From assembly GCA_051294905.1 (NCBI GenBank), contig CM119372.1, forward strand, positions 18,230,001 to 18,294,000: a stretch of 64,000 bases of DNA, read 5' to 3'. Position numbers and translations under genes: made by a program. This stretch comes from Botryllus schlosseri (lineage: Eukaryota). This document shows, one piece after another, positions 61,784 through 64,000 of this stretch. Below the pieces are notes generated by a model that saw nothing but the letters and a program-made list of their open reading frames with translations, was not told the DNA's origin and did no database searches. Within the stretch, counting starts at the first letter, position 1. Each line of letters starts with the position of its first letter.

Positions 61784-63877
61784 ACAAATTTTAAACTGAT
61801 TCGGTACTCCGTGAGGTAACATTAGGCCTGGAAACATGTTCGAGTTGACTTGAAGCTCAAGCCGTTGCCAGTGACGACATGCGAGCGAGAAGTACGAGCT
61901 TACTCTGCAAAGTCTGAACTAATCTGTACAGTTTGCACAATCATTCGTTTTCGTTTCATTCATTTTTTGGATGACCCGGTGTCGCTTTTGTCAGGTGTTT
62001 TCGTGCGCGGCGCATTGTAGGCCTATTCGTAGTACGTCTGGCGGTAGTGCGAGACGAGCAAGGTACTTTTGGTGGCACTCCAAAACGCCTCTTCTGTGGA
62101 TATTGTCGAAGAGAATAATAATATTTGAGGATGCGTAGTAGCTTTATCCAAGGCCGTTGGCGCGACAAATTGTAATCGACTCTCGGCGGTAGCACGGTTA
62201 TATGGGTAAGGCAATTTTACCTCGTCTCAGCAGATTCACTACCGCAAAATTGAATATCATCATGAACATATTTGATTACGAACAAAACCCTCAACATGTC
62301 ACGATCTTGTAGCCTACCATACTTGCAAAAAACGGCCGCATACTTTAAATGTTGGGTTGAAATCAATTTTTGAAGTTCCATCGATCCGCAAAATATATTT
62401 TGAAATTTTAGCGGTCTGCAAAGCCAAAAAGGTTGGGAACCGCTGGTTTGAAGTAGTGGTTCTTAAATTTTTCCTCCAGCGCCCTTTTTCAAAAATTTGC
62501 CCAGGACTTTAGACTACTATTGAAAATATTTCGCGCTTGCATCGCGTGTGAGTACCACTCAACTAATTAACGATATAATAATTGTATGCGCTATATTCGG
62601 GATTGAATCAAGATTGTTATAACAACCATCGGGTACGGGCTCAGACCTATACTATCTGGTTCGAGCCCGATGTACAGTACACATCCCGAATTCACCTCTG
62701 CAATTGGCAATACGTTAGTTAGTTGTATTGCGTTTTATTTTATTGCTTTGTGTGCAGATATGGCCAGTAACGAAGTAGGCCTACTTCTCGTTTTTCGAAG
62801 TACTCAAGTAGTTTTCCGCTACTTACTCAAGTAAAGATAACTTCCCGCTACTTTTACTTCATAATATTTTGTGATCTACTTACTTACTTTTCGCTGTTTT
62901 CACTTTGTCAAGTAGAAGTAGTTTAATCCTCCAATCAGAAAGATAGTCTGAGGAATTTCGGGGCTGTTTTCACGGAGTGCCAACATTTAAATTTCATAAA
63001 AGTTATGTAAAGCCCATAATTTTCGTTGCGCTTCGTGAACAGAAGATATGGAGTGACAAATGTTTTCACAAAAGTATCGGTGACTATAATTAGGCTACGG
63101 GTTGCGTGGCTCCGTTCACACCGCAATGTCGCCCATATGAAATATTTTATCACAGTAAATATGACCCATCATGACATATGAAACTGCCGTTTTGCAATCT
63201 AGCAATTAGACCTACCTATCATATAGTAATCTAGCAACCCGTGGCGTGTCCTAATCTGGAAAAAAAGACTATGACTTTTTTGAGTGTTAGACCTGTTTTA
63301 GGAGATCAACGTTGAAACTTAATGGACAAAAGACCTGAAATATATTTTCCCCATTTGATCATCATACTTTGTGTTCTAATTAATTTTAGTTCTTTTTTCT
63401 GGAGAACATACATGTTGAAGAGTAAAAGCAAGTGCGGTCATGCCTCTATTTTCCGAAAATAAAGCTACACTATATGGCATTTTTACGATCCGCCATATTT
63501 TTTTTTATTAAGATATAGGCCTACTAATCACACATCGTATCCGACACAACTTCTCCGTATTGCTCTTCGAGTAAACTAGCGGCCTTGTAATATGGGGGAG
63601 GGCGCCATGACATGATATTTTCTGAAACGGCGTGCTCAAAAAAACAGAGGATTAGTATCACATTTTCATATCAATGCTATCATTTGCATCCCATGATGCG
63701 GACGAATGCTTATGCTGTCGAAGATTGATACCTCCTGGGATGCATCAATACGAATCAAGCTCTCTGCACCACATATCTCAGTAAGTACTACTTCTACTTG
63801 AGTACATTTTTGCGACGCTTCTTCTAATGAGTAGCTTTCTTGACTACTTTGACCACCTCTGCTTGTGTGACTAGCAT

Positions 63878-64000
63878 ACAGGGCTGTGGAGTCGGTAAAT
63901 TTTACCATCGACTCCGGCTCCGACTCCGACTCCACACATTTTCAATATACCGACTCCGACTTCGACTCCGACTCCTGAGTCTTTAAACGTACCGACTCCG
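63878..64000. mobile_element. Start of a hAT-type MITE (CAGGGCTGTGGAGTCG, GACTCC motifs)
   Basis: Same terminus and motifs as ~16386-16560; runs off the window end. Confidence 0.75.

Overview
AT-rich eukaryotic (metazoan) genomic DNA. An ascidian/tunicate origin is inferred from the gene and repeat families and is not proven. Three host genes are supported: an intronless 7TM/GPCR-like gene (-, 19089-20063), an intronless UNC93-like MFS membrane protein (+, 34810-36198, with a broken downstream paralog), and a 4-exon calmodulin-like EF-hand protein with a Ser/Arg-rich tail (+, 54547-56473). The rest is dominated by mobile DNA. (i) A giant near-perfect palindrome (arms of at least 5 kb, 931-bp spacer) that encodes no recognisable protein and whose right side ends in a Polinton/Maverick-like terminus (...CTACTATACTACT at 12293). 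(ii) An intact Penelope-like retroelement (RT + GIY-YIG) in partial tandem with an inverted pLTR, plus a second, divergent, 5'-truncated Penelope. Both carry minimal type I hammerhead ribozymes with a covarying pseudoknot; one has a variant U3-A8 catalytic core. (iii) A heavily nested DNA-transposon cluster: a Chapaev3-like fossil, a P/hAT-like 5.1-kb element and a Sola2-like palindrome-of-palindromes. (iv) Many hAT-type MITEs and tRNA-derived SINEs. All alignments and structures were read by eye; no searches were run.
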